Assembly (NCBI RefSeq): GCF_006345805.1
Contig: NW_021832568.1
Location: 1-60,374, forward strand
Length of the DNA stretch: 60,374 nt
Source: Octopus sinensis
Lineage: Eukaryota
Reading direction: 5' to 3'
Positions 1-11,290 of the stretch are shown here, piece by piece. Each line of letters opens with the position of its first letter. Position 1 is the first letter of the stretch. The notes below the pieces were generated by a model, which was not told where the DNA came from, did not search any database, and saw only the letters and a program-made list of their open reading frames with translations. Both the position numbers and the translations under genes were made by a program.

Positions 1-336
1 CTGGCTTCAAGCACCTTTGGATGGTGCTTTTTACATACCATCAGTGCGGGACTCAGTTGGGGGGCATTTCTGGTTAATGCTTTTCATGATAACTCGGAGG
101 TTTAGTAGTGTATTAATAAAAGGAAAACATCCCTCGCAAGAACATAATGTTACTTTCCAGTAGAATAATATTGACTAGTTACATAGTTAATAATCAGCCT
201 GTCAGATCTTACATGTGTTTTTGCAGGTATGCTAAAGAACAATAATAAACCTGAAGTGAAGAATAAGTATATAGTGTATGAGTTTATTTGGCAAAAAAAA
301 AGAAAGAAAATAAAGATCATCCTCAAATATAACAAT

Positions 337-748
337 AGGTGCAGGAGTGGCTGTGTGGTAAGTAGCTTGCTTACCAACCACATAGTCTTGGGTTCAGTCT
401 CACTGAGTGGCACCTTGGGCAAGTGTCTTCTACTATAGCCTCGGGCGAACCAAAGCCTTGTGAGTGGAAACTGGAAGAAGGCCATCATATATGTGTATAT
501 ATATATATGTCAGTGTGTGTGTGTGTGTGTGTGTATATGTTTGTGTGTCTGTGTTTGTCCCCCAACATCGCTTCACAACCGATGCTGGTGTGTTTACATC
601 CCTGTAACTTAGCAGTTCAACAAAAGACACCGATATAATAAGTACTAGACTTGCAAAGAATAAGCTCTAGGGTCAATTTGCTCGACTAAAGAAAGTGCTC
701 CAGCATTGCCACAGTCAAATGGCTGAAACAAGTAAAAGAGTAAAAGAG
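337..748 (+). mobile_element. tRNA-derived SINE with CORE-like block, internal microsatellite and AGTAAAAG tail
   Basis: A/B-box-like head, ggcaccttgggcaagtgtc block; homologous to 37710-38115 and, inverted, to 5355-5700. Confidence 0.75.
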
Positions 749-1004
749 AGATATCTATTTATCTATCTACCAGCCAAAATTGCAAAGATAATCTGGAAAT
801 CGACTGAGGAAGGAAAACTCCGAATGAACAGTCCTTGTTTTCTTTGCATCATCTATCTGGATGTTTTGTTGTCCCTTTTTTGTATCACCTAAATGTCTAG
901 ATGTTTTGCGTTCTTGTCCCATTTTGTATTTATATATATATATATATAACGGGAAGGTTTACGAAAATAAACAAAAGACGAAGGCAGGTTTACAAAAATA
1001 TATA

Positions 1005-4000
1005 TCATCATCATCGTTTAACGTCCGTTTTCCATGCTAGCATGGATTGGACGGTTCAACTGGGGTCTGCGAAGCCAGGAGACTGTGCCAGGCCCAGTCT
1101 GATCTGGCAGTGTTGCTACAGCTGGATGCCCTTCCTAACACCAACCACTCCGTGAGTGTAGTGGGTGCTTTTTATGTGCCATCTGCACAGGTGCGAGACG
1201 AGGCTGGCAACGGCCACGTTCGGATGGTTCTCTTACATGCCACCGGCACTGGTATCTCAGCTACAATTTCCATTGATGTTGAGAGATTTCAATTTCGATT
1301 TTGATTTTCATTTTGATTTTGATTTTCACTTGCCTCAACAGGTCTTCACAAGTAGGGTTTGTGTCACAAGAAGGAAAGGTATGCATAAGTGGACTGGCTA
1401 CGTCCCAGGTAGGGGCCACGGGTTATGGTCTCACTTGTCCTGCCAGGTCTTCTCACGCACAGCATACTTCCAAAGTCTGGGTCTCTTGTCATTTCCTCGG
1501 TGAGACCTAAAGTTCGAAGGTCGTTCTTCACCACCTCATCCCGGGTTTTCCTGGGTCTACCTCTACCACAGATTCCCTCAACCGCCAGGGTGTGGCACTT
1601 TTTCACACAACTATCTTCATCCATTCTCGCTACATGACCATACCAGTGCAAACGTCTCTCTTGCACACCACAACTGATGCTTCTTAGGTTCAACTTTTCT
1701 CTCAAGGTACTTACACTCTGTCGACTATGAACACTGACATTACACATCTATCGGAGCATATTGGCTTCATTTCTTGTGAGCTTACACATATCCTCAGCAG
1801 TCACGGCCCATGTTTCACTGCCATGTAGCATGGCTGTTCGTACTCATGCATCATACAGTCTGCCTTTTGTTCTGAGCGAGAGGCCTTTTGTCACCAGCAG
1901 GGGTAAGAGCTCTCTGAACTTTGCCCAGGCTATTCTTATTCTAGCAGTTACACTTTCAGCACACCCGCCCCTGCTACTGACTTGGTTGCCTAGGTAACGG
2001 AAGCTATCAACTGCTTCTAGTTTTTCTCCCTTGAATGTGGCGGAAGTTGGTCCCTGCGCATTTTCAGTGTTTATTGCTCCTGAGCATCTGCCACATACCA
2101 AAACTATCTTCCCAGTTAGCCTTCCTTTGACATTGCTGCACCTCTTATGTGTCCATAGCTTACACTTAGTGCATCTTATAGAGTTTCTACCTACACCATT
2201 TCTACAGATTGAGCAGGGCCATCTACCTGAAGGCGTTTGTGATTTGCCTGCCTTCCTACATATTAAGACTTTGGTTTTAGCTAGGTTGATTTTAAGGCCC
2301 TTTGGTTCTAATCCTTGTCTCCACACTTGAAACTTTGCCTCTATTTCTAATAGTGACTCAGTAATTAGAGCAAGGTCATCAGCGTAGAGGAGCTCCCAGG
2401 GGCATCCTGTCTTGAATTCCTCCGTTATTGCCTGGAGGACTATGATAAATAGGAGGGGGCTGAGGACTGAACCTTGGTGGACCTCTACCTCTACTTTGAA
2501 TTCTTTAGTGTACTCGTTGCCAACCCTCACCTTAGTTACAGCGTCTCTGTACATGGCTTGCACAGCTCTCACTAACCATTCATCTATCCCTAGTTTCCTC
2601 ATTGACCACCAGATAAGGGATCGGGGGACCCTGTCAAAGGCGTTCTCCATGTCAATGAAAGCCAGGTACAGGGGCTTATCCTTGGCTAGGTATTTCTCCT
2701 GCAGCTGTTTCACCAGAAATATGGCATCAGTGGTGCTTTTTCCTGGCACGAAACCAAACTGCATCTCATCCAAGCTGACTCTCTCCCTAATCAGTTGGGC
2801 TATGACCCTCTCCGTAACCTTCAATACCTGACTTAACAGTTTGATACCTCTGTAATTATTTGTATCTAAAGCGTCACCCTTACCTTTGTAGCAGTTGACT
2901 ATTATGCTGCTACACCAGTCATTGGTATGACTCCTTCGTGTATCACCTGGTTAACTATATGGGTGACTAGGCTATAGCCGACACTACCAGATATTTTAAG
3001 CATTTCTGCAGTAATTCCTGATGGGCCTGGGGCTTTCCCTGTCTTCATACTACTAATTGCCTTAACTACTAAGGAACTGTTAACTCAGATAGCTGGTCCC
3101 TCTGTTGCGTCGACATTCAGCAGACTCTCTTTATCCCATTCATTTTCCTTATTTAGCAGCCTCTCATAAGGATGTCTCCAAACCTCTCTCTTTGCATCCT
3201 CATTTAGCGCAAGTGAACCATCATCCATGTGAACACATTTCTCTCCTCCCACATCACGATTCTCTCTCACACACTGTCTTGCAACACGGAATACCTCAAG
3301 TCTTTGGTCCTCACAGTGCAGAACATTGGCAAATTTTTTCTTGTCTGCTTCCCCTCTGGCTAAATAAACCTGTCTCATAGCTTCTCTTTTGGTAGTCTGA
3401 TACAATTCCCTGCTACCACCATTTTTCCAGTCCCTCCAAGCCTGTCTCTTTTCTCTAATAGCCCTGTCTACAACATTGTTCCACCACCACGTTATTTTGG
3501 ATCGAGAGGGGACTTTGCACCAGCCATATATCTGGTCCGTGGCTCTCAGCAGGTTGTCCCTTAGAAACGTCCAGTTGTCTTCTACCCCCTGTGAAGCTAT
3601 ATCCCCTTCTACTTTGTCAAAGGCTTCAAGTAATATGTCCCTAAGTCTCTGTTCATTTGCAGGATCTTTAAGCTTCCAGATCCTTCTTCTCCAAGTTGGT
3701 CGTCTTCTGGTCGTCCTCTTAGTCCTGATCCTAAAGTCACTAACTACCAGTCTATGTTGTGGGGTACATTCTTCGCCTGGGAAGGTTTTGGCATTTATAA
3801 GCAGCCATCTTTCCGTTTTCCTGGCAAGGATGTAGTCAATTTGGCTGGTATGTCGGCCCGATGGGTAGGTGACTAGGTGGCTGGTAGGTTTCTTGAAGTT
3901 AGTGTTGCAAACCATAAGATCATTTGCATCGCAGAACTCCAGCAGCCTGGTTCCCTCGTCGTTGCGGGAGCCATAACCATAGCCCCCATGTACACCATGG

Positions 4001-4303
4001 AAGCCTCCAGCATGTCGTCCAATGTGACCATTGAAGTCACCAGCCACAAAGCGAAGGTCTCTGTCGCTCGACAGTAGAGTGTCATAGAATCGGTCTTTCT
4101 GTCCATCGGGTAGCCCCAGGTGAGGGGCGTAGGCCGATATAATGGTTGCTAATCCATGATGAAGCACTAATCTAATCTTAAGTATTCTGTCACTTACTCT
4201 GATTACCTCAATTACCTTATCTACCCATTTTTCAGCGAGAAGTATACCACGCCTCCAACCCCGTCAGTGTTTCCTGCCCAGAAAATCTTGTACTTGTGTT
4301 CTT

Positions 4304-4306
<3 letters not shown>
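1005..4306 (-). mobile_element. RTE LINE family A copy 1 (5'-truncated, ORF2 frameshifted)
   Basis: EN 4167-3085 (YAPH, GDFNGH, QIDYIL), RT 2824-1844 (QFGF, HQGSVLSP, LYADD), C-terminus 1747-1364; 3' UTR with ctggatgcccttcc motif and (GAT)n tail; (TA)n at both ends. Confidence 0.95.
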
Positions 4307-4352
<46 letters not shown>

Positions 4353-5354
4353 TAACACAGTATTTTGGGGTATATAAGACACACACCAATTTTAGTTGGC
4401 CTAATCTACAAGAAAGAAATTACAGCTAACCCAAACTAAATATCTCACACATTCATATATAGGAATCACAGAAAATTTGGACTAACATCTTTTGGTAGGA
4501 TAAGTTACAATAATTATCTTAACACTACCAAATATCCCCACTGACCTCCACTGCTACCAGTATTGTCCATCATTAATAATATTAACCAAGTCTACCCAAA
4601 GCCTGAGTGTCAACATATAAGGACAGGGCAATTTTTGAGGGAATTTTTAAGCAAAATGTGTGCTTTATATGCTGGAAAATATGGTATATATATATATATA
4701 TATAAATACACACACATATACATGCCTATCAACGATAAACTTATACACATAATTTGCTTATATCTTTTAAGAATAAAAACACTTTGAGAATATAACATTA
4801 TGCAGTCACGTGTGGGACAAGACCAGTTGTCAACTGAGTCTATCATAAATATTGCCCCGTTACCTTCCTTTAACCAGGAAGGTGGCTATGGTGAAACATT
4901 GTGTATGGTGGATTCATTTGAAGGCTTAGAGACAAATACTTTTCTCTCTGGCCAACCTGTCATCAACTTTTTTAAGTAATACTTGAAAAGGAAGGTGAGA
5001 GTACAGAGGGAAGTTTTGTCTAATGAAAAGTTTAATAAAAGGTGAGTGAATGTAGCAAAGATGGTATGTATGAATGATGAACCCACTTTGAGCATGAACC
5101 TATTTTTTTTGAGGTTACCATGGATTTTTTTCATAGGCTCTTCTTTCCATGGATAATCCTAGTCAGTGTTATATTTTCTCCCCCTTTTGGGGATTTCTAC
5201 TAAGACATTACCTTGTTATCTTTTTGTGTATGCATCTCAAACTGTTTTCAATCCCTCTTGATCGGTTTTGAAAAGAAAAATTCTACATTGTATTGTCGCC
5301 CCTGTGTTCAGCCCTGTGTTGCCTAATAAAGAAATCTATCTTTTCTTTCAATCA

Positions 5355-5700
5355 TTAGATTATGGCCATGCTGGGGCACCACATTAAAGAATTTCAGTTG
5401 AATGAATTGATCTCATTATCTATTGCTTTAAGTCTGGTACTTATTCTATCAGTCACTTTTGCTGAACTGCTAAGTTATAGGGAAATTAATACACCAACAT
5501 TGGTTGTCAAGTGGGTGGCGGGGACAAACACAGACACAAAGACATATATATATGTGATGGCTTTCTTTCAATTTCTGTCTACCAGATCCACTCACAATGT
5601 TTTGGTTGATGAAACCATACTAGAAGACATTTGCCCAATGTGACACACAGTGGGATTGAACCTGGAACCATGTGGCTGGGAAGCAAAATTCTTACCACCA
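5355..5700 (-). mobile_element. tRNA-derived SINE
   Basis: Reverse complement of the 337-748 head and tail modules. Confidence 0.65.
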
Positions 5701-5824
5701 GGGCATCCAGCTGTAGAAACCATACCAAATCAGACTGGAGTCTGGTGCAGTGCCTTGGCTTACCAGCCCTGGTCAAACTATCCATCCCATGCAAGTATGG
5801 TCAGTGGATGTTAAATTTAAATGA

Positions 5825-5827
<3 letters not shown>
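5700..5827 (+). mobile_element. RTE-A 3' terminal fragment
   Basis: gggcatccagctgtagaaac...gttaaatttaaatgatgat tail. Confidence 0.75.
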
Positions 5828-5862
<35 letters not shown>

Positions 5863-6147
5863 CATCATTTAACGTCCATTGTCCATGCAGGCATGGGCTG
5901 GACAGTTTGACTGGGCTGGCATGCTGGAAAGGCTGCACCAGACTCCAGTCTCATGTGGCATGGTTTTCTATGACTGGATGCCCTTCCTAACACCAACCAC
6001 TCCAAGAGGGTAAAGGGTGTTTTTACGTGCCACCGGCATGGGTACCAGTTTGCGTAACAATGGTATCTGCCACAATTGCGATTTTGTTTGGCTTGATGGA
6101 TCTTCTCAAGCACAATATAATGCCAAAGGTCTTAGTTATCATCTCCA

Positions 6148-6418
6148 TGAGGCCCAACACTTGAAAGAAACTCAGCCAACTTGCCTCTGTGAGGCCCAAC
6201 ACTTGAACAGAACTCAGCCACTTTGCCTCTGTCGGGCCCAAAACTTGAAAGGAATTCAGCCACTTTGCCACCATGAGGCCCAATGCTCGAAAAGACCTCA
6301 GCCAACTTGCCTCTGTGAGGCCCAATGCTTGAGAGGAACTCAGCCACTTTGCCTTTGTTTAGGCCCAATGCTCGAAAGGAACTCAGCCACTTTGCCTCTG
6401 TCAGGCCCAATGTTCAAA
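6148..6418. repeat. 42-bp minisatellite, about 6.5 copies
   Basis: Unit tgaggcccaacacttgaaagaaactcagccaacttgcctctg, head-to-tail with no spacers. Confidence 0.9.
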
Positions 6419-7823
6419 AGATGTTCTTTATGTGCCACCAACACAGGTGCACTTAGCTTGATGGGTTCTCTCAAGCAGAGTACATCACCAAAGGTTTTGG
6501 TCACCAGTCATTGTCTCTGCAAGGCTCAAAGTTTGAAGATCATGCTTCACCACCTCACTCCATGTCTTTCTGAGTCTACCTCTACCACAGGTTCCCGCCA
6601 CAGTTAAAGATTGGCACTTCTTTTCACAGCTGTCCTCATCCATACGCATCATGACCATACCAGCACAGTCGTCTCTCTTGCACACCTCATTCCTCTTTCT
6701 CTCAAGATGCTTACACTCTGTCAAACATGCACACTGACATTGCACATCCAGTGAAATATACTGGCTTCATTTCTTTCAAGCCTATGCATATCCTCAGCTG
6801 TCAAAGTTCATGTTTCACTGTCATGCAACAAATCTGTTCACACACACGCATCAAACAATCTGCTTTTCACTCTGAGAGAAAGGCCCTTCATTTCCAGCAA
6901 GGGTAGGAGCTCTCTGAACTTTGCCCAACCCAATCTTATTCTAACAGCCATACCCTTGGAACATCCACCTCCACTACTAACTTGGTCACCTAGATAATGG
7001 AAGCTATCTACTACCTCTACCATGCCCATCTGGCAGTTGATGGAGTTTATTTTCTGCACATTTTCAGCATTTATTGTACCTGTGCACCTTCCACATACAA
7101 AAGTTAGTTTCCCCTGTTAACCTTCCTCTGATGTTGCTGCACCTTTTATGAGTCTAAAGCTTACACTGGGTGCATCTGATGGAGTTTCTAACAACACCTT
7201 TTCTACAGGTTGAGCAGGATCATCTAACTGAAGGGATTTGTGATTTCTCTGCCTTCCTACTACCTGTGACTTTTGTTTTCACTAGATTAACTCTAAGGCC
7301 TTTAAATCTAGATTTTGCTTCAATATCTAGAACTTCATCTTTAGTTCAAGTAGTGATTCAGCTATAAGAGAAAGGTAATCAGCATAGAGGAGCTCCCAGG
7401 GGCAGCCTGTCTCAAATTCCTCTGTTATTGTTTGGAGGACTATGATGAATAATAGGGGAGTGAGCACTGATCCTGGGTGAACCTTTACTTGTACCCTGAA
7501 TTATTTGCCTGCCCTCACCTTACTGGTAGTGTCCCTGTACAAGGCTTGTATGGCTCTCACCAACCACTCGTCTATCCCTAGTTTCCACATTGACCACCAG
7601 ATAAGGGATTGGAGGACTCTGTTAAAAGTTTTTTCCAAGTCAACAAAAGCCAGGTATTTCTATGGCTAGGTATTTCTCCTGCAGTTGCCTTACCAGAAAT
7701 ATAGCATCAGTGGTGCTTCTACATGGCACAAACCCAAACTGCATCTCAACTAAATCTCTCCCTAATTAATTGGGCTACGACTCTCTGTAACTTTCATCAC
7801 TTGATCCAACAATTTAATACCTC

Positions 7824-8386
7824 TGTAAGAGTTAGCACTTCCTTCTCTAAGCTTGGATTTGAAATCGAATCCAAGAATCATCGGTCGTCAAATACCAATG
7901 CACGTTTAGGCGCGAAATTAAGATCCCTTTGTTCTGACAAAAGTGATTGATCGTTTCCCTTTGACCTCCGACCTGAGCCATGTCAGGCGAAGTTCAAGGG
8001 GACGAACGATGACCTACTTAAACAGTAGCTCTGTTGCGATATATCTATTTTTCTAGCTGTTTGAGATTTTATAAATAGAAAGGGAAAAACGACTAGAAAG
8101 AGACAACCGGAGCTGACACTCAAGCAGACACCACTACGCGTTTCGGAGACGACTAGAGAATATGCCTACAGGTTACGGTTCTGAATGATTACTCACACAC
8201 ACACACACACACACACACACCACACACACACGCAAACATATTCTTCTTTAATATGTATTCTGTACAAGCAATGCGTAGCATTGCTTACAAAATTTATGTA
8301 GTGTAAATATTAATCCATGTAAATAAATCTCTATTTAATCATGAAACAACTTATGTATTTATTAATACACACACACATCCACTACA
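7824..8386 (+). mobile_element. Solo LTR (563 bp, probably Gypsy-like)
   Basis: TGTAAG...CACTACA termini; 4-bp TSD cctc at 7820-7823 and 8387-8390; RTE sequence resumes exactly; internal tataaata and aataaa. Confidence 0.85.
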
Positions 8387-10145
8387 CCTCTGAAATTATT
8401 TCTATCTAAGGCATCACCTTTACCTTTGTATCAGTTGACTATGGTGCAGCCACACTAGTTATTAGGTAGGACTTCTTCATGAACTACCTGATTTACAATA
8501 CGGGTGACTCGACAATAACCAACACTGCCAGATATTTTAAGCATCTCAGCAGTGATTCCTGATGGGCCAGGAGTTTTCCCTGTCTTCATAGCCTTAATTG
8601 CTTTGTCTTCTAAGGTACTGTCGATTCATTCAGGTAGCTGGTCTCTCATTTGGGTTGACATTTGGTAGACTCTTCTCGTGCCATTCATTTTCAACATTCA
8701 GCAGTCTTTCATAATAGCATCTCCAAGCCACTTTATTTGCAGACTCATTAAAAATAAGTGCTCATCATCCATGCAGACACATTTCTCCCCAATGACATCA
8801 GAATTTTCTCTCACACACTGTCTTGCAATCCAAATACTTCAGTTCTTTGGTCCTCATGACACTGAACATAGGCAAACTTCTATTCTTCTTCCCTCTTGGC
8901 TAGATATACCTGTCTCCTAGCTTCCCTTCTGGCTATCAGATACAGTTCCCTGTTTCTTTGCTCTAATGGCTCTGTCTACAGTATTGTTCCACTGCCATGT
9001 TACCTTAGGTCCAGAAGGGACTGTGCACAAGCCACAGATTTGGTCTGTGGCACTCAGTAAGCTGCCTCGCAGGAATTCCCAGTTGACCTTTTTGTCACAA
9101 GTTTGTAGCTCCTCCTCCCATTCACCAAATTTCTCAATTAGGGTGTCTCTAAATCTCTGACCTTAAGCTTCCAAATCTTTCTTTTCCAGATTGGTCTGCT
9201 TCTTGCCTTCCTTCTAGCCTAGAGTCTAAAGTTGTTAATGACTAGTTTACGCTGGGTGGGGGTACATTCTTCACCATGGAGGGTTTTTGCATTTAAGAGC
9301 AACCATGCATCCCACTGTCTAGTGAGAATGAAATCGATCTGGTTGGAAGAGTTACCTATTTGGTAAGTTATTAAGTGGCTGGCTGGCTTCCTGAAGTTGG
9401 TGTTGCAAATCAAAAGGTTATTTGCATCACAGAACTCCAGTAGCCATGTTCCCTCTTCGCTTCAGGACCAAATTTCATGGCCCCCATTTACACCAAGGAA
9501 GATACCAGGCTGCCGTCCAACAAGCCCATTGAAATTCCCAGCCACAAAGATAAAATCATTGTCACTGGTCTTTGATTATTCTGCAGAAGAATATCATAAA
9601 AGTGGTCCTCTTTTTTACTTAGTAGGCTCGCTTGTGGGGCGTAGGCAGATATAAATGTAGTCTGCAAGACTAGCCTGAGCTTAAGTACTCTATCGCACAC
9701 TATGACTACCTCTATGACCTATTTCACTGCAAGAAGTATCCTCATACCACCTACTCTGTCATTGTTACCTTCCCAGAAGATTTTGTACCTATGTGTCTTG
9801 CCTGTGAAGAACCTGGCAGAAGCTCCTCTCTTGTATGCAACATACATAAACATGCCTCCATTCAATCATTTCTACAATCACGTTAGACCAACATTTCAAA
9901 GTGCCTACAGTTACAGTGCCAACTCTGAAAACTGGGAAAGGGATGTGGGAGGGAACATGGGAAGGAGAGATGTTATTCGGCACCTGCAAAGAAGGTTCCA
10001 TGATCATTTGATAACAGATATATCACAACAGTTGTTCTTGTTTTTAACCTATCATCATTCAAACAAGTTAAAATTGTTGCCTCTACTGGGGGTGACAGTA
10101 AGGTAAGCATTGTAATATAAGCATTACTGCAGCGGAAAAATATTA

Positions 10146-11172
10146 ATATATATAAAACTGAGAATGTGTGTCTGTCTGTGTGTTTCCCTAAAACTTGAGA
10201 ACTACACAACCAATTCCATTCAAATTTTACACATGCCTTACTTAGGGTCCATGTAGTTTCATGGGCAAAAAGAATGTTCAACTTCTTGCCTAGAGCGAGC
10301 CCATAGCACTATCATATCTTCTCCACTATTTCAGTATTATGTGTTAAAAGTGAAACAAACATTTCTCTATTTTATGTCAGATACTTTCACTTTAACAATA
10401 AAAATAATAATAACAATTGAATTATATGTAGTAAGTAATAATTAAAATCAAACTAAAGTATAATATAATCGTAACATAAAAGTAAAAATAGCATTGGTAT
10501 AAAATTGCATCAATGACTTGAACTTGAATAAGTGGTTTCACATGAATGGGAATAAATTAAAATAAAATTAGCGTGCAGAAATGGAATAGTCCAGATGGAT
10601 AATAAAATATTAAACTAAAGAAAAGACTATTGTCTATAAAGTATACAATGTAGAGAAAAAAGAAGATTTGAACACATGGAGGAAAGCACCTTCGAAAAGT
10701 GTCTTGGTGCAACTATGAAAGGTATCTAACCAGTGACGGTAAATTCGCCACAATAGAAGCAAGGTTCGAGTCAACGGAGCGTGCAAGGGAGTACTCGACT
10801 CGAACTTGCAAAGTGGAAATATTTTACTTTTACCTTTATATCTGGGACGTAGGACGTCCCGGAAAAAAAATTTTAAATGCACCCCCCACCCCACCCCACC
10901 CCAGAAGTAGAGGTAGGCTGGATTGTAGCCACACTTCTATACAAGAGGGAGGACAAGATACAATTGATTGAAATTACAAGAGACGGGCTAACAATTCCAG
11001 TCTGTTATATATTTTGAGCATTGTATCACTAGCGATATCAAGATATAAATTTGTATTTTGTATTTTATGTGTAGATGTATATATATAGATGTACCTGTAA
11101 TATGTACACATATATATACACATATACACGCACTAGCACTATGACCCGGCAACGACGGGTCTTTAATGCTAG
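10146..11172 (+). mobile_element. Non-autonomous Helitron
   Basis: 5' tatatataaaactgagaatgtgtg; 3' hairpin gacccggcaacgacgggtc then CTAG|T at 11169-11173. Confidence 0.8.
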
Positions 11173-11290
11173 TATAGCTATAAATATGCCAATGTTAAAT
11201 TAAGTCAGTAAATAATGGACTGCTATTCGGTTGGGTTAGTCAAATACATATATATATATATATATACATATAGATAGATAGATATATATA

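Larger units (their letters stand above)
5862..10080 (-). mobile_element. RTE LINE family A copy 2, old but reaching the EN N-terminus; interrupted by a minisatellite and a solo LTR
   Basis: 3' tail at 5862; RT remnants 6480-7800; EN remnants 8400-10080 including RVGTVTVGTLK...VCCIQE (ORF 9789..10007). Confidence 0.9.

Noticed and set aside
337-420. tRNA gene
   Set aside because: tRNA-like boxes run into SINE body and recur; no complete cloverleaf
800-835. CTGAGGA aggaaaactcc GAAT hammerhead-like motif
   Set aside because: GAAA is GAAT and helices I and III cannot be formed; at most a decayed Penelope-type end
2412-2831. Recurrent MNSSVIAWRTMINRRGL ORF (also 20556, 25342)
   Set aside because: Antisense shadow of the RTE RT frame; recurrence reflects TE copy number
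6148-6418. CRISPR-like periodic repeats
   Set aside because: Units are contiguous with no unique spacers, no cas genes, eukaryotic context
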